A stretch of DNA of 64,000 bases. Origin: an uncultured Gammaproteobacteria bacterium. Its GTDB lineage: Bacteria; Patescibacteriota; Patescibacteriia; SG8-24. Below the pieces are notes generated by a model, which saw nothing but the letters and a program-made list of their open reading frames with translations, searched no databases and was not told the DNA's origin. Below are positions 56,526 through 64,000 of this stretch, piece after piece. Each line of letters starts with the position of its first letter. Position 1 is the stretch's first letter. The translations under genes were made by a program, and so were the position numbers. Where the stretch lies: positions 1,046 to 65,045 of the forward strand of contig CAYOXM010000002.1 in the NCBI GenBank assembly GCA_964407925.1, read 5' to 3'.

Positions 56526-58004
56526 ATGCATGACCAGCGCATCATCGACGACGTGCTGCAGGAACTGTATGCCGTCGACCCGACGCTCCGCGACCAGGAG
56601 GACCGCCTCGTCAAGGCCGTCCGCGCCCTGCTCGCCGCCAAACCCGAAGCCGCGCTCGACGAGCGATTCGTCCGCGAATTGCGGAAGGAACTCCTCGGAA
56701 CGTTTTCAGCGGCGACGGCGTCCGTAAAACCGAATATTTTCGACTTCATTATGAAAAACGACTCACTCAAATATCTCGTTCCGAGCGGCATCGTCGCCGT
56801 CCTCGTGCTCTCCGTACTCGTTTCCACGAAGGCCCCCGGTTCCCCCTCGTCAGCGCCGGCCGCGTCCGTCGCGACCGAATCCGCGGCAGAGGCGGGAGGC
56901 GTGCGGGTGTCCAAAGTCGCCGACGGCGCGTTCGGCGTCCTTTCCACAGGCGTCGGTGCCGATCAGGCGCCTATGGCGGCGAATCTCGGCCGCGGCGGCG
57001 GTGGCGGGGGTAACGGGTCGGCGCCTGCCGTGCCGATGGCCGACAGCAAGATGATGCTGCCATACGTGCCGTCGTACTATGCGTATTCCTACGCCGGCGA
57101 CCTCGCGCTCGACGACGAATCCGTCCCCGTCTACCGGCGTCAGAAGGGCGGTTCCTCGGCGGTCTCCGGCGGCTTGCTCGACGCCGCCACGCTCGGTCTT
57201 GTCGATCCGTCGCGTCTCGACGCCGTCGGCCTCCAGTCGCTCGCGCTCGTCCAAGACAAGGAATTCGGCTATTACGTCTACGTCGACATGAACGAGGGCA
57301 TGATTTCGCTCAGCCAGAACTACGCGAAATGGCCGCACCCGGAACAGGAATGCCGCGACGAGGAGTGTTTCGCGCGCTACCGGCTGCATGAGTCGGACAT
57401 GTTGTCCGATGCCGAGACGTTCGCCGTCGCCGACGCGTTCCTCAAGGAACTCGGCGTGAACGTCGGATCGTACGGCAGTCCGGCCGTCGCCTACGACTGG
57501 CGCACGCAGTACGCGTCGCTGAAGGGCGAGGACCGCGCCGCGTTCTACTTCCCCGAGACCGTTTCCGTCGTCTATCCGCTCGTCATCGACGGGCAGAAGG
57601 TCTACGACGAGTCGGGGAATCCGACGGGCCTCACCGTGAACGTCAACGTCCGGCACAAGCGTGCCGACGGCCTGTGGAACCTGACGACCCTCAAGTACGA
57701 CAGCGCGCAGTACGCCGCGGTCACGGACAAGTCGAAGCTCATGGGCGTCGTCGCGCGCGGCGGCGTCTACGAGGCGACCCCGCCCGATGACGCGAAGACC
57801 GAGGAGGTCGGTTTGGGAACGCCGGAACGCGTGCTCATGCGCGCGTGGTCGGGCGGACAGGAGGTCGTGGTACCGGCGCTGCGCTTCCCGGTCACGAAGA
57901 AGCCCGAAGGGCAGCCGTGGTTCCGCGACGCGGTGATGATTCCGCTCGTCAGGGACCTGATCGACGTCCCCGCGGCGAATCCCGTCCCCATGATGGTAAA
58001 GTGA
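56526..58004 (+). CDS. Putative anti-sigma factor (cytoplasmic N-domain, TM, extracytoplasmic domain)
   Basis: Starts 4 nt after the sigma stop; P....F...LR..L N-terminal motif; single TM. Confidence 0.65.
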   Translation: MHDQRIIDDVLQELYAVDPTLRDQEDRLVKAVRALLAAKPEAALDERFVRELRKELLGTFSAATASVKPNIFDFIMKNDSLKYLVPSGIVAVLVLSVLVSTKAPGSPSSAPAASVATESAAEAGGVRVSKVADGAFGVLSTGVGADQAPMAANLGRGGGGGGNGSAPAVPMADSKMMLPYVPSYYAYSYAGDLALDDESVPVYRRQKGGSSAVSGGLLDAATLGLVDPSRLDAVGLQSLALVQDKEFGYYVYVDMNEGMISLSQNYAKWPHPEQECRDEECFARYRLHESDMLSDAETFAVADAFLKELGVNVGSYGSPAVAYDWRTQYASLKGEDRAAFYFPETVSVVYPLVIDGQKVYDESGNPTGLTVNVNVRHKRADGLWNLTTLKYDSAQYAAVTDKSKLMGVVARGGVYEATPPDDAKTEEVGLGTPERVLMRAWSGGQEVVVPALRFPVTKKPEGQPWFRDAVMIPLVRDLIDVPAANPVPMMVK

Positions 58005-58011
58005 GCGCGTG

Positions 58012-58036
58012 AAAGGGCCCGATGCGGGCCCTTTTT
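58012..58036 (+). terminator. Terminator
   Basis: AAAGGGCCCG-atg-CGGGCCCTTTTT. Confidence 0.8.
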
Positions 58037-58082
58037 CGTCGCCGCGTTGGCGAAGAATGCCGCGTGCGGTAGGATGACGCGC

Positions 58083-58850
58083 ATGGACCCGATACACGCG
58101 CTCATCCTGGGCCTCGTCGAGGGAGTGACGGAATTCCTTCCGATCTCCTCGACCGGCCACCTCATCCTGACGTCGCGGCTTCTCGGCCTCGGCGAGAGCG
58201 ACTTCCTGAAGTCGTTCGAGATCGCGATCCAGCTCGGCGCGATTCTCGCGGTCGTCGTCATGTACCGCAAGACGATACTGCGCGACCGCGCCGCCATGGC
58301 GCGGGTGCTCGTCGCCTTCGTGCCGACCGGCGTCATCGGACTCCTGCTTCACGGCGTCGTGAAGCGCTACCTGCTGGGGGACGCGCGCGTCGTCCTCTGG
58401 GCGCTCTTTCTCGGCGGCCTCGCGCTCACGCTGTTCGAGCGGTTCCACAAGGAAAATCGCGGAACGGCCGACGTCGCCGCGATCACCTGGAAGCAGGCGC
58501 TCGTCATCGGAACGTGCCAGGCTGCGGCGATAGTGCCCGGCGTCTCCCGTTCCGCCGCAACCGTCATCGGCGGCCTCGCGCTCGGACTTCCGCGCAAGAC
58601 CGTCGTCGAATTCTCTTTCCTGCTCGCCGTCCCGACGATGGCTGCGGCGACGGGCCTCGACCTCCTGAAGTCCGCCTCGGCCTTCGCGGCCGGAGACGCC
58701 CTCGCCCTCGCCATCGGCTTCGCAGCCGCCTTCGCGACCGCGATTCTGGCCGTACGCTTCCTGCTCAAGCACGTCGTCACGCGCGACTTCTCGCCGTTCG
58801 GCGTCTACCGCATGGCGCTCGCCGCCGCGTTCGCCCTGTTCGTGCGCTGA
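58083..58850 (+). CDS. uppP: Undecaprenyl-diphosphate phosphatase
   Basis: EGVTEFLPISSTGH, IQLGAILAV, PGVSRS..T, EFSFLLAVP. Confidence 0.95.
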   Translation: MDPIHALILGLVEGVTEFLPISSTGHLILTSRLLGLGESDFLKSFEIAIQLGAILAVVVMYRKTILRDRAAMARVLVAFVPTGVIGLLLHGVVKRYLLGDARVVLWALFLGGLALTLFERFHKENRGTADVAAITWKQALVIGTCQAAAIVPGVSRSAATVIGGLALGLPRKTVVEFSFLLAVPTMAAATGLDLLKSASAFAAGDALALAIGFAAAFATAILAVRFLLKHVVTRDFSPFGVYRMALAAAFALFVR

Positions 58851-58887
58851 CGTTGCGGCCGACGCCCGTCGGCGGTATACTGCAGCC

Positions 58888-59289
58888 ATGAAGAAGCGAC
58901 CCTCCTCGAAAACGGCCCCCAACGGGATGTTCGCGGGCATGACCGCGGAAACGGCCGCCATGGCGGCGCTCGCCGGCACGACGACCGGCATGATCGATTT
59001 CCTCAGCGTCGACGTCGTGTCAGGAGGAACGTTCATCCTGTTGTTCACGTTCCTGCTCGGACTCAAACTTCCGCGCCTCGCGTGGCTGTGGGCGATCGTG
59101 ATCGGCGGCGCAGTTCCCGTCGTCTGGTACGCCGGAATCGCGTTCGGTTTCACGCCCGCAGACGCCTTCGCTCCGCCCGTCGCCGCGAGCATCGCCATCG
59201 GTCCGGCCATAGTGGGCGCGTATTTCGGCGCGCTGACGCGTCATGTCGGCGATCACGTCAGGGACTTCAGGGCGGAAAAAAAGAAGTGA
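58888..59289 (+). CDS. Small hypothetical membrane protein
   Basis: About 4 hydrophobic segments; TATACT 6 nt before the ATG. Confidence 0.65.
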   Translation: MKKRPSSKTAPNGMFAGMTAETAAMAALAGTTTGMIDFLSVDVVSGGTFILLFTFLLGLKLPRLAWLWAIVIGGAVPVVWYAGIAFGFTPADAFAPPVAASIAIGPAIVGAYFGALTRHVGDHVRDFRAEKKK

Positions 59290-59381
59290 CGGTCGAACCG
59301 GCGCGACCCGCCGGTTTTTTCGTATGAAAAAAGCCCCCGTCCCGCGCTCGCGCGCGGAAGGGGGGGGCGAAAGGGGAGCGG

Positions 59382-59933
59382 CTAGCGCAGCTTGACCTCG
59401 TCGTCCTGCTTCTTCTTGAAGGCGTCGTCGGTCCGCTCGGACGTGACGATGCCGTACTTGTCGAGGTCGATGTGCGGGTAGCCGAGCCACATGTTGACGA
59501 AGAGCGCGCGGTTGCTGCCGAGCAGCGACTCGTACTCGCGCTTCTTGTCGATGAGCTGCTGCTGATCCGCCATGAACGAGTTACGGCTCGCCTCGATGGC
59601 GGCCTGCAGCTTCACGTAGACGGCCGAATCGAGCTGCGGGTTGTGCTCCTTGATGAACTGGAACATCGCCTTGGAGCCGTCTTCCCCGTAGCGGGCCTGC
59701 ATCGTGCCGTCGTACAGCTTCTTCAGGTCGCCGGAATACATGTCGGTGACCTGCGCCATCTCGCGGAACTTCTTCCACATGTTGTCGTAGTTGTTCTTGT
59801 TCTGCTCGTACTGCGCCTTGATGCCGGCTTCTGCGCGGACGCAGTCGGTACGGAACGAGAGCAGCGAACCGACGTAGACGACGGCGATGAGCGCGAGGAC
59901 GCCCAGGATGCCGAACGTGACCATCTTCTTCAT
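59382..59933 (-). CDS. LemA-like membrane-anchored helical protein
   Basis: N-terminal TM; E..I.AQY.QN.N.YDN, FQFIKEHNP, Y..LQ..IEA.RN.F...Q..L.D; AAAGGAG SD. Confidence 0.65.
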   Translation of the reverse strand: MKKMVTFGILGVLALIAVVYVGSLLSFRTDCVRAEAGIKAQYEQNKNNYDNMWKKFREMAQVTDMYSGDLKKLYDGTMQARYGEDGSKAMFQFIKEHNPQLDSAVYVKLQAAIEASRNSFMADQQQLIDKKREYESLLGSNRALFVNMWLGYPHIDLDKYGIVTSERTDDAFKKKQDDEVKLR

Positions 59934-59975
59934 GACGTGACTCCTTTTTTGCGCGTAGCGGGGTTGCAGGGAAAC

Positions 59976-61091
59976 TCACCACGGACGGCGGAATGCCGAC
60001 CGTCCGAAACCGTAGCGCGACGGGCCGCCGCCGAAGGGATCCTCGCGCCAGAAGTAGATCGACAGGCCGAGGGAGAGCAGCGTCCCGAGGACGAAGATCA
60101 GCCAGCAGGCCCACGTCGGCGGTTCGAGCGTGGCCGAGAGGTATTCGAAGTCGGCCATCGGCCGGCGGACGAACTTCGTCCGCACTTCCTCGTCGACGAC
60201 GTCGAGCACGGCGTCGCCGTCAAACGACGGCATCGTGATCAGGCGGTCGCGGATGGCGATCTTGACCTCCTCGTTTTTCGTCCACGAGACGACGCCGGCC
60301 CACGCGATGGCGCCTGACGACGGCACGCCGACGGCGACGACGAGGTCGTTCTTCTTGCCGCCGAGCCACGATTCGCGCAGGCCTTCCACGTACGCCGGGT
60401 CGCCGACGTCGGTGACGATGACGATCACGTTGACTTGTCGCGCGGGACCGAGGCGGCCGTTGATTTCCGACAGGCGCGCGTTGAGCCTGCCGAGATCGGC
60501 CACCGCGGCTCCCGCCGCGATGAAGCGGTTCGCGCGATAATGATCGTACACCCTGGGATATTCAGGCACCTTGCCCTTGAACTTTTCCGCGGCACCGGTA
60601 CGCCGCAGGATGGTGTCGGGATTGCCCTTGATGTAGTTGACGTACCCGTGCTCGATGGCGGACGGTTCGCCGACCGTGATGGCGCTCCAGCGCGCGGGCG
60701 GCGACGACCCCGGACGGTTGCACGTGTCCGAGAACGCCGTTTCGCCGTTCGACGTCACCGCGTTCCACGTCACGTCCGACGAATGTTCGTAACAGGTGTC
60801 GTAACAGGTCGAGCAGTTCCGCCCGTCCTTGTCGCAGCCGCACGGATGCGGGTTGCACGGGTAGCTGTGGCAGCACGATCCCGTTCCCCGCCACTTCTTC
60901 GCGATCACGCCGTTCCAGATTTCGGTATCCGCGGTCTGAGCGTGAAGCGCGATGAGGTAGCCGATGCCGATCAGCACCACGACGACCGCCTCTTGGACCA
61001 GAAACTCTTTTTTCGTGATGAGTCCCTTGCCGAGAACGAGGCCGCCGAGTCCGACGAGTACGGGAACGAGGAGCAGGGCGAGCAGCAGCAT
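59976..61091 (-). CDS. Membrane protein with Cys-rich insert and TPM-like domain
   Basis: 2 N-terminal TM; D.EIWNG; CCHSYPCNPHPCGC...CSTCYDTC; W.GGKKND; C-terminal TM; AAGGAG SD. Confidence 0.7.
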   Translation of the reverse strand: MLLLALLLVPVLVGLGGLVLGKGLITKKEFLVQEAVVVVLIGIGYLIALHAQTADTEIWNGVIAKKWRGTGSCCHSYPCNPHPCGCDKDGRNCSTCYDTCYEHSSDVTWNAVTSNGETAFSDTCNRPGSSPPARWSAITVGEPSAIEHGYVNYIKGNPDTILRRTGAAEKFKGKVPEYPRVYDHYRANRFIAAGAAVADLGRLNARLSEINGRLGPARQVNVIVIVTDVGDPAYVEGLRESWLGGKKNDLVVAVGVPSSGAIAWAGVVSWTKNEEVKIAIRDRLITMPSFDGDAVLDVVDEEVRTKFVRRPMADFEYLSATLEPPTWACWLIFVLGTLLSLGLSIYFWREDPFGGGPSRYGFGRSAFRRPW

Positions 61092-61239
61092 GGTTTGACG
61101 CTCCTTGCGTTGTCAAAGGCCGAACGTGGCAACCTAGCAACGGCGACCTCCGCCGTCAAGCGGTTCTGGAAGGCAGAAAATCCGTATGCTACGATATGTA
61201 GTGCGCTTATCCACAAACTATCATTCACGACGTACCACT

Positions 61240-61677
61240 ATGATGAAAAAGGAGCTCATCAAGCTGAATCCCGACCTCGGCCTTCTCCTTATCCGCATCG
61301 CGCTCGGCCTCGGTTTCCTCATGCACGGCATCCAGAAGCTGCAGGGCATGCCCGGCGTCATCAAATTTTTCGGGTCGCTCGGCCTGCCGCCGTTCATGGC
61401 GTGGGTCGTCGCCATCACCGAAACGGTCGGCGGCGCGGCGATCCTGCTCGGCTGGTATACGCAGTGCGCCGGCCTCGCGCTCAGCATCGTGATGGTCGTC
61501 GCCATCGCCCTCGTGAAGCTGAAAAAGGGGTATATCGGCGGCTACGAGCTCGAACTGAACTACCTTCTTATGGCGCTCGGCCTCGCGCTGACCGGACCAG
61601 GCAAGCACTCCGGTGACGTGAAGATGCCCGGCAAGCCCGCGGCAAAGGCCCCCGAAGCCCCCAAGCAGCAGGCTTGA
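61240..61677 (+). CDS. DoxX family membrane protein
   Basis: LLIRIALG..F..HG.QKL, E..GG..ILLG, GGYEL, GPGKHS.D. Confidence 0.92.
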   Translation: MMKKELIKLNPDLGLLLIRIALGLGFLMHGIQKLQGMPGVIKFFGSLGLPPFMAWVVAITETVGGAAILLGWYTQCAGLALSIVMVVAIALVKLKKGYIGGYELELNYLLMALGLALTGPGKHSGDVKMPGKPAAKAPEAPKQQA

Positions 61678-61819
61678 AACGCCGCACGCACCGCGAGGTG
61701 CGTGTTTCGTAAAACGGGACGCGTGTCGAAAGTGCGGCGTCATTTCGACACCTACTCCTCAATTCAAAAACTCTCAACTTTTGTCCTTTAGGTGTACACT
61801 TGTTCGGTATTCTGAGCCC

Positions 61820-62575
61820 ATGCCGAAACCGTCGACTTCCTGGGGCGGCGTCGCCGATTGGTACGACCGCCTTCTCAAGGACAACAAGGACACGTACCAG
61901 CGCGAGGTCGTCCTCCCGCATCTTTTGCGCCTCATGGAGATTGCCCACGGCGACGTGGTGCTCGACCTCGCCTGCGGGCAGGGTTTTTTCGCCGCGGCGT
62001 TCCTGCGGGAAGGGGCGAAGGTCATCGGCGCGGACATCGCGCCCGAGCTGATCGCGCTCGCCAAGAAGAGCCTCCCGAAGGAGGCGCGGCTGCACGTCGC
62101 GCCGTCGCACCGGGTGACGCAGGTAAAAGAGGGGACTGTCGACAAGGTCGCCATCGTGCTCGCGATCCAGAACATCGACGACGCGAGGGGGACGTTCCAG
62201 GAGTGCGCCCGCGTGCTGAAGCCCGGCGGCGCGCTGCACATCGTGATGAATCACCCGGCCTTCCGCGTCCCGAAACGGAGCGCCTGGGGCTGGGACAAGG
62301 ACGGGACGCAGTACCGCCGCGTCGACGGCTACCTCACCGAGGCGAAAGAAAAGATCGAGATGCATCCGGGAGGCAAGCCCGAGGCGCACACGCTCTCGTT
62401 TCATCGGCCGCTCCAATTTTACGTGAAGGCGCTCGTCCGCGCCGGTTTCGCGGTGACGGACATGGAGGAATGGATATCGCACAAGAAAAGCGACTCCGGA
62501 CCGCGCGCGGCGGCGGAGAACAAGGCGCGCAAGGAAATTCCGCTGTTCCTCTATCTTCAGGCGATAAAACGATGA
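61820..62575 (+). CDS. Class I SAM-dependent methyltransferase
   Basis: VLDLACGQG, GADI, RVLKPGG, NHPAF, FHRPL. Confidence 0.9.
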   Translation: MPKPSTSWGGVADWYDRLLKDNKDTYQREVVLPHLLRLMEIAHGDVVLDLACGQGFFAAAFLREGAKVIGADIAPELIALAKKSLPKEARLHVAPSHRVTQVKEGTVDKVAIVLAIQNIDDARGTFQECARVLKPGGALHIVMNHPAFRVPKRSAWGWDKDGTQYRRVDGYLTEAKEKIEMHPGGKPEAHTLSFHRPLQFYVKALVRAGFAVTDMEEWISHKKSDSGPRAAAENKARKEIPLFLYLQAIKR

Positions 62576-63285
62576 GACTGCACCGCTTCATCGGCGATTT
62601 CGACTTTTCCTCGCAGCGGCTGTCCGTCAGGGACGCCGGCTTGCGCAACCAGCTCGAGAACGTCCTGCGCCTCGAGCCGGGCGACGCCGTCGAATTGTGC
62701 GACGGCGCGGGGAAGGACGCCCGCGCCCGCGTCGTCGCCTTCGGCAAGGCGACGGTCGATTTCGACGTCGACGAGGTCCGCGCCAACGCCGCCGAATCGC
62801 CGATAGACGTCGTCCTGTACTGCGCCATCCTGAAACGCGAAAACTTCGAAGTCGTGGCGCAAAAAGCCACGGAAACCGGGGTCCGCGCGATCGTCCCCGT
62901 GCTGTCGAACCGTACGGTGAAGCAGCAGCTCCGCGCCGATCGGCTTGAAAAAATCATCCGCGAAGCCGCCGAGCAATCCGGACGCGGCATCGTGCCCTCG
63001 CTCCGGGAGCCGCTGCGTTTTTCCGACGCGCTCGACGACGCGGCGGACGGCAACGCTTCGAACGTGCTTTTCGAACTCGGGGCAAGGCAATATGCGCCGG
63101 CGGCGACCGCGCCAGGCGACCGCGTCGGCGTCTTCATCGGTCCGGAAGGCGGATGGGACGACGCGGAGGTCGCGGCCGCGCGCAAACGGGGATTCCTCGT
63201 CGCGGGTCTTGGCGCGCGCACCTTGCGCGCGGAAACCGCGGCGACGGTAGCCGTCTGGCTCGCCGTAATGGGCGGTGGCCGCTGA
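62572..63285 (+). CDS. rsmE: 16S rRNA m3U1498 methyltransferase
   Basis: MRLHRF, VLRL, QKATE.GV, EAAEQS.R, FIGPEGGW, LG.RTLRAETA. Confidence 0.93.
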   Translation: MRLHRFIGDFDFSSQRLSVRDAGLRNQLENVLRLEPGDAVELCDGAGKDARARVVAFGKATVDFDVDEVRANAAESPIDVVLYCAILKRENFEVVAQKATETGVRAIVPVLSNRTVKQQLRADRLEKIIREAAEQSGRGIVPSLREPLRFSDALDDAADGNASNVLFELGARQYAPAATAPGDRVGVFIGPEGGWDDAEVAAARKRGFLVAGLGARTLRAETAATVAVWLAVMGGGR

Positions 63286-63286
63286 T

Positions 63287-64000
63287 ATGGACGCCCCCGT
63301 GACGGACGGCAACCTCCCCGGCGCGCGGCTCAGGCCCGTGCTCGCCTTCGACGGCGACTGCGCCTTCTGCCGCGCGTGGATCGGGCATTGGCGGAACATG
63401 ACCGGCGACGCCGTCGAGTACGCCCCGAGCAGTGAAGTCGCGGCGCGATTCCCGCACGTGCCGCGGAAGGCGTTCGACGACGCCGTGCAGCTCGTGCTGC
63501 CGGACGGGACGGTGTCGAGCGGCGCGCACGCGGTGCTCCGGACGCTCGACATCGGCGGAAAGCCGTTCGGCCTATGGTGCTACCGTCGCGTCCCGTTTTT
63601 CGCCGCGGCGAGCGAGGCGGCGTACCGGTTCATCGCGCGCCGGCGCCCGCTCGCCTTCACGGTGACGCGCCTGCTTTGGGGCAGGGACATCGGGGGCGGC
63701 GGCGTGCGTCTGACGCGATGGCTCCTGCTGGCGCTCCTCGCCGCGACGTACGCGATCGCTTTTCTTTCGCTCTCCTCCCAAATCGTCGGACTCGTCGGCG
63801 AAAACGGCGTCCTGCCCGTCGGCAATTTTCTCGCCGCGGTCGGCGGACGCTTCGGTGCGGAAAAATACTGGTTCTTCCCGACCCTCGCCTGGCTCGTGCA
63901 CGGCGACGGCGCGCTCAAGGCGATGACGCTCGCCGGTGCGGCCTCGGCCGTCCTCGCCGCGGTCGGCGTCTGGCAAGTCGGAACCTTCGCGCTCTGCTGG
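63287..64000 (+). CDS. DCC (DUF393) thiol-disulfide oxidoreductase fused to a lipase maturation factor family domain (runs off the window end)
   Basis: Read manually (absent from the ORF track): MDAPV...FDGDCAFC..W, AYRFIARRR, then Y.IAF.SL..QI.GLVGENG.LP, PTL.W. Confidence 0.8.
   Translation, partial: MDAPVTDGNLPGARLRPVLAFDGDCAFCRAWIGHWRNMTGDAVEYAPSSEVAARFPHVPRKAFDDAVQLVLPDGTVSSGAHAVLRTLDIGGKPFGLWCYRRVPFFAAASEAAYRFIARRRPLAFTVTRLLWGRDIGGGGVRLTRWLLLALLAATYAIAFLSLSSQIVGLVGENGVLPVGNFLAAVGGRFGAEKYWFFPTLAWLVHGDGALKAMTLAGAASAVLAAVGVWQVGTFALCW

Noticed and set aside
9633-59210. Many long antisense or alternative-frame ORFs (e.g. 9633-11912, 16578-18623, 29044-30936, 56850-59210, and the 36425 extension of acnA)
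   Set aside because: Shadow ORFs expected at high GC; Arg/Ala/Gly-rich, without motifs, and overlapping well-supported genes
61207-61215. Perfect DnaA box TTATCCACA suggesting oriC
   Set aside because: Single copy in a short intergenic region, with no box cluster, unwinding element or dnaA/dnaN nearby; may be chance or a lone regulatory site
1-64000. Alternative genetic code (UGA=Gly) or selenocysteine in MsrB
   Set aside because: Conserved genes end at TGA at their expected C-termini, and both MsrB catalytic residues are Cys codons

Overview
Gene-dense, GC-rich bacterial chromosomal window in the standard genetic code (TGA is used as a stop). It has about 70 CDS and no rRNA, tRNA, CRISPR array, integrase, transposase or reverse transcriptase. 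Gene content (CxxC-x17-CxxC protein, PIF1-like helicase with C-terminal HTH, DUF5671 pair, 'YVFPNEKTYKTWY' and 'LLQVQQHGEAWYV' surface modules, pilin-like protein) suggests a Patescibacteria/CPR organism. That is an inference, since no marker gene is present. It carries more metabolism than such organisms usually do (gdhA, divergent icd/acnA, phhA, nirK, pyrD-like, lysyl oxidase). Best-supported new observation: a complete ribosome-mediated attenuator upstream of phenylalanine hydroxylase, made of a Tyr-rich leader peptide, a 12/13-bp antiterminator and an overlapping terminator, i.e. a likely tyrosine-sensing switch. Also notable: a PI3K/PI4K/HipA-like kinase operon with a candidate immunity gene, a NirK with Gln in place of the axial Met, a lysyl oxidase coupled to a TM-PAS gene, a standalone diadenylate cyclase beside a membrane zinc-finger protein, a repeated ECF promoter motif, and two 5'-end architectures (leaderless versus a boxA-like leader plus Shine-Dalgarno). 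Family assignments come from motif recognition by eye; no database search was run.
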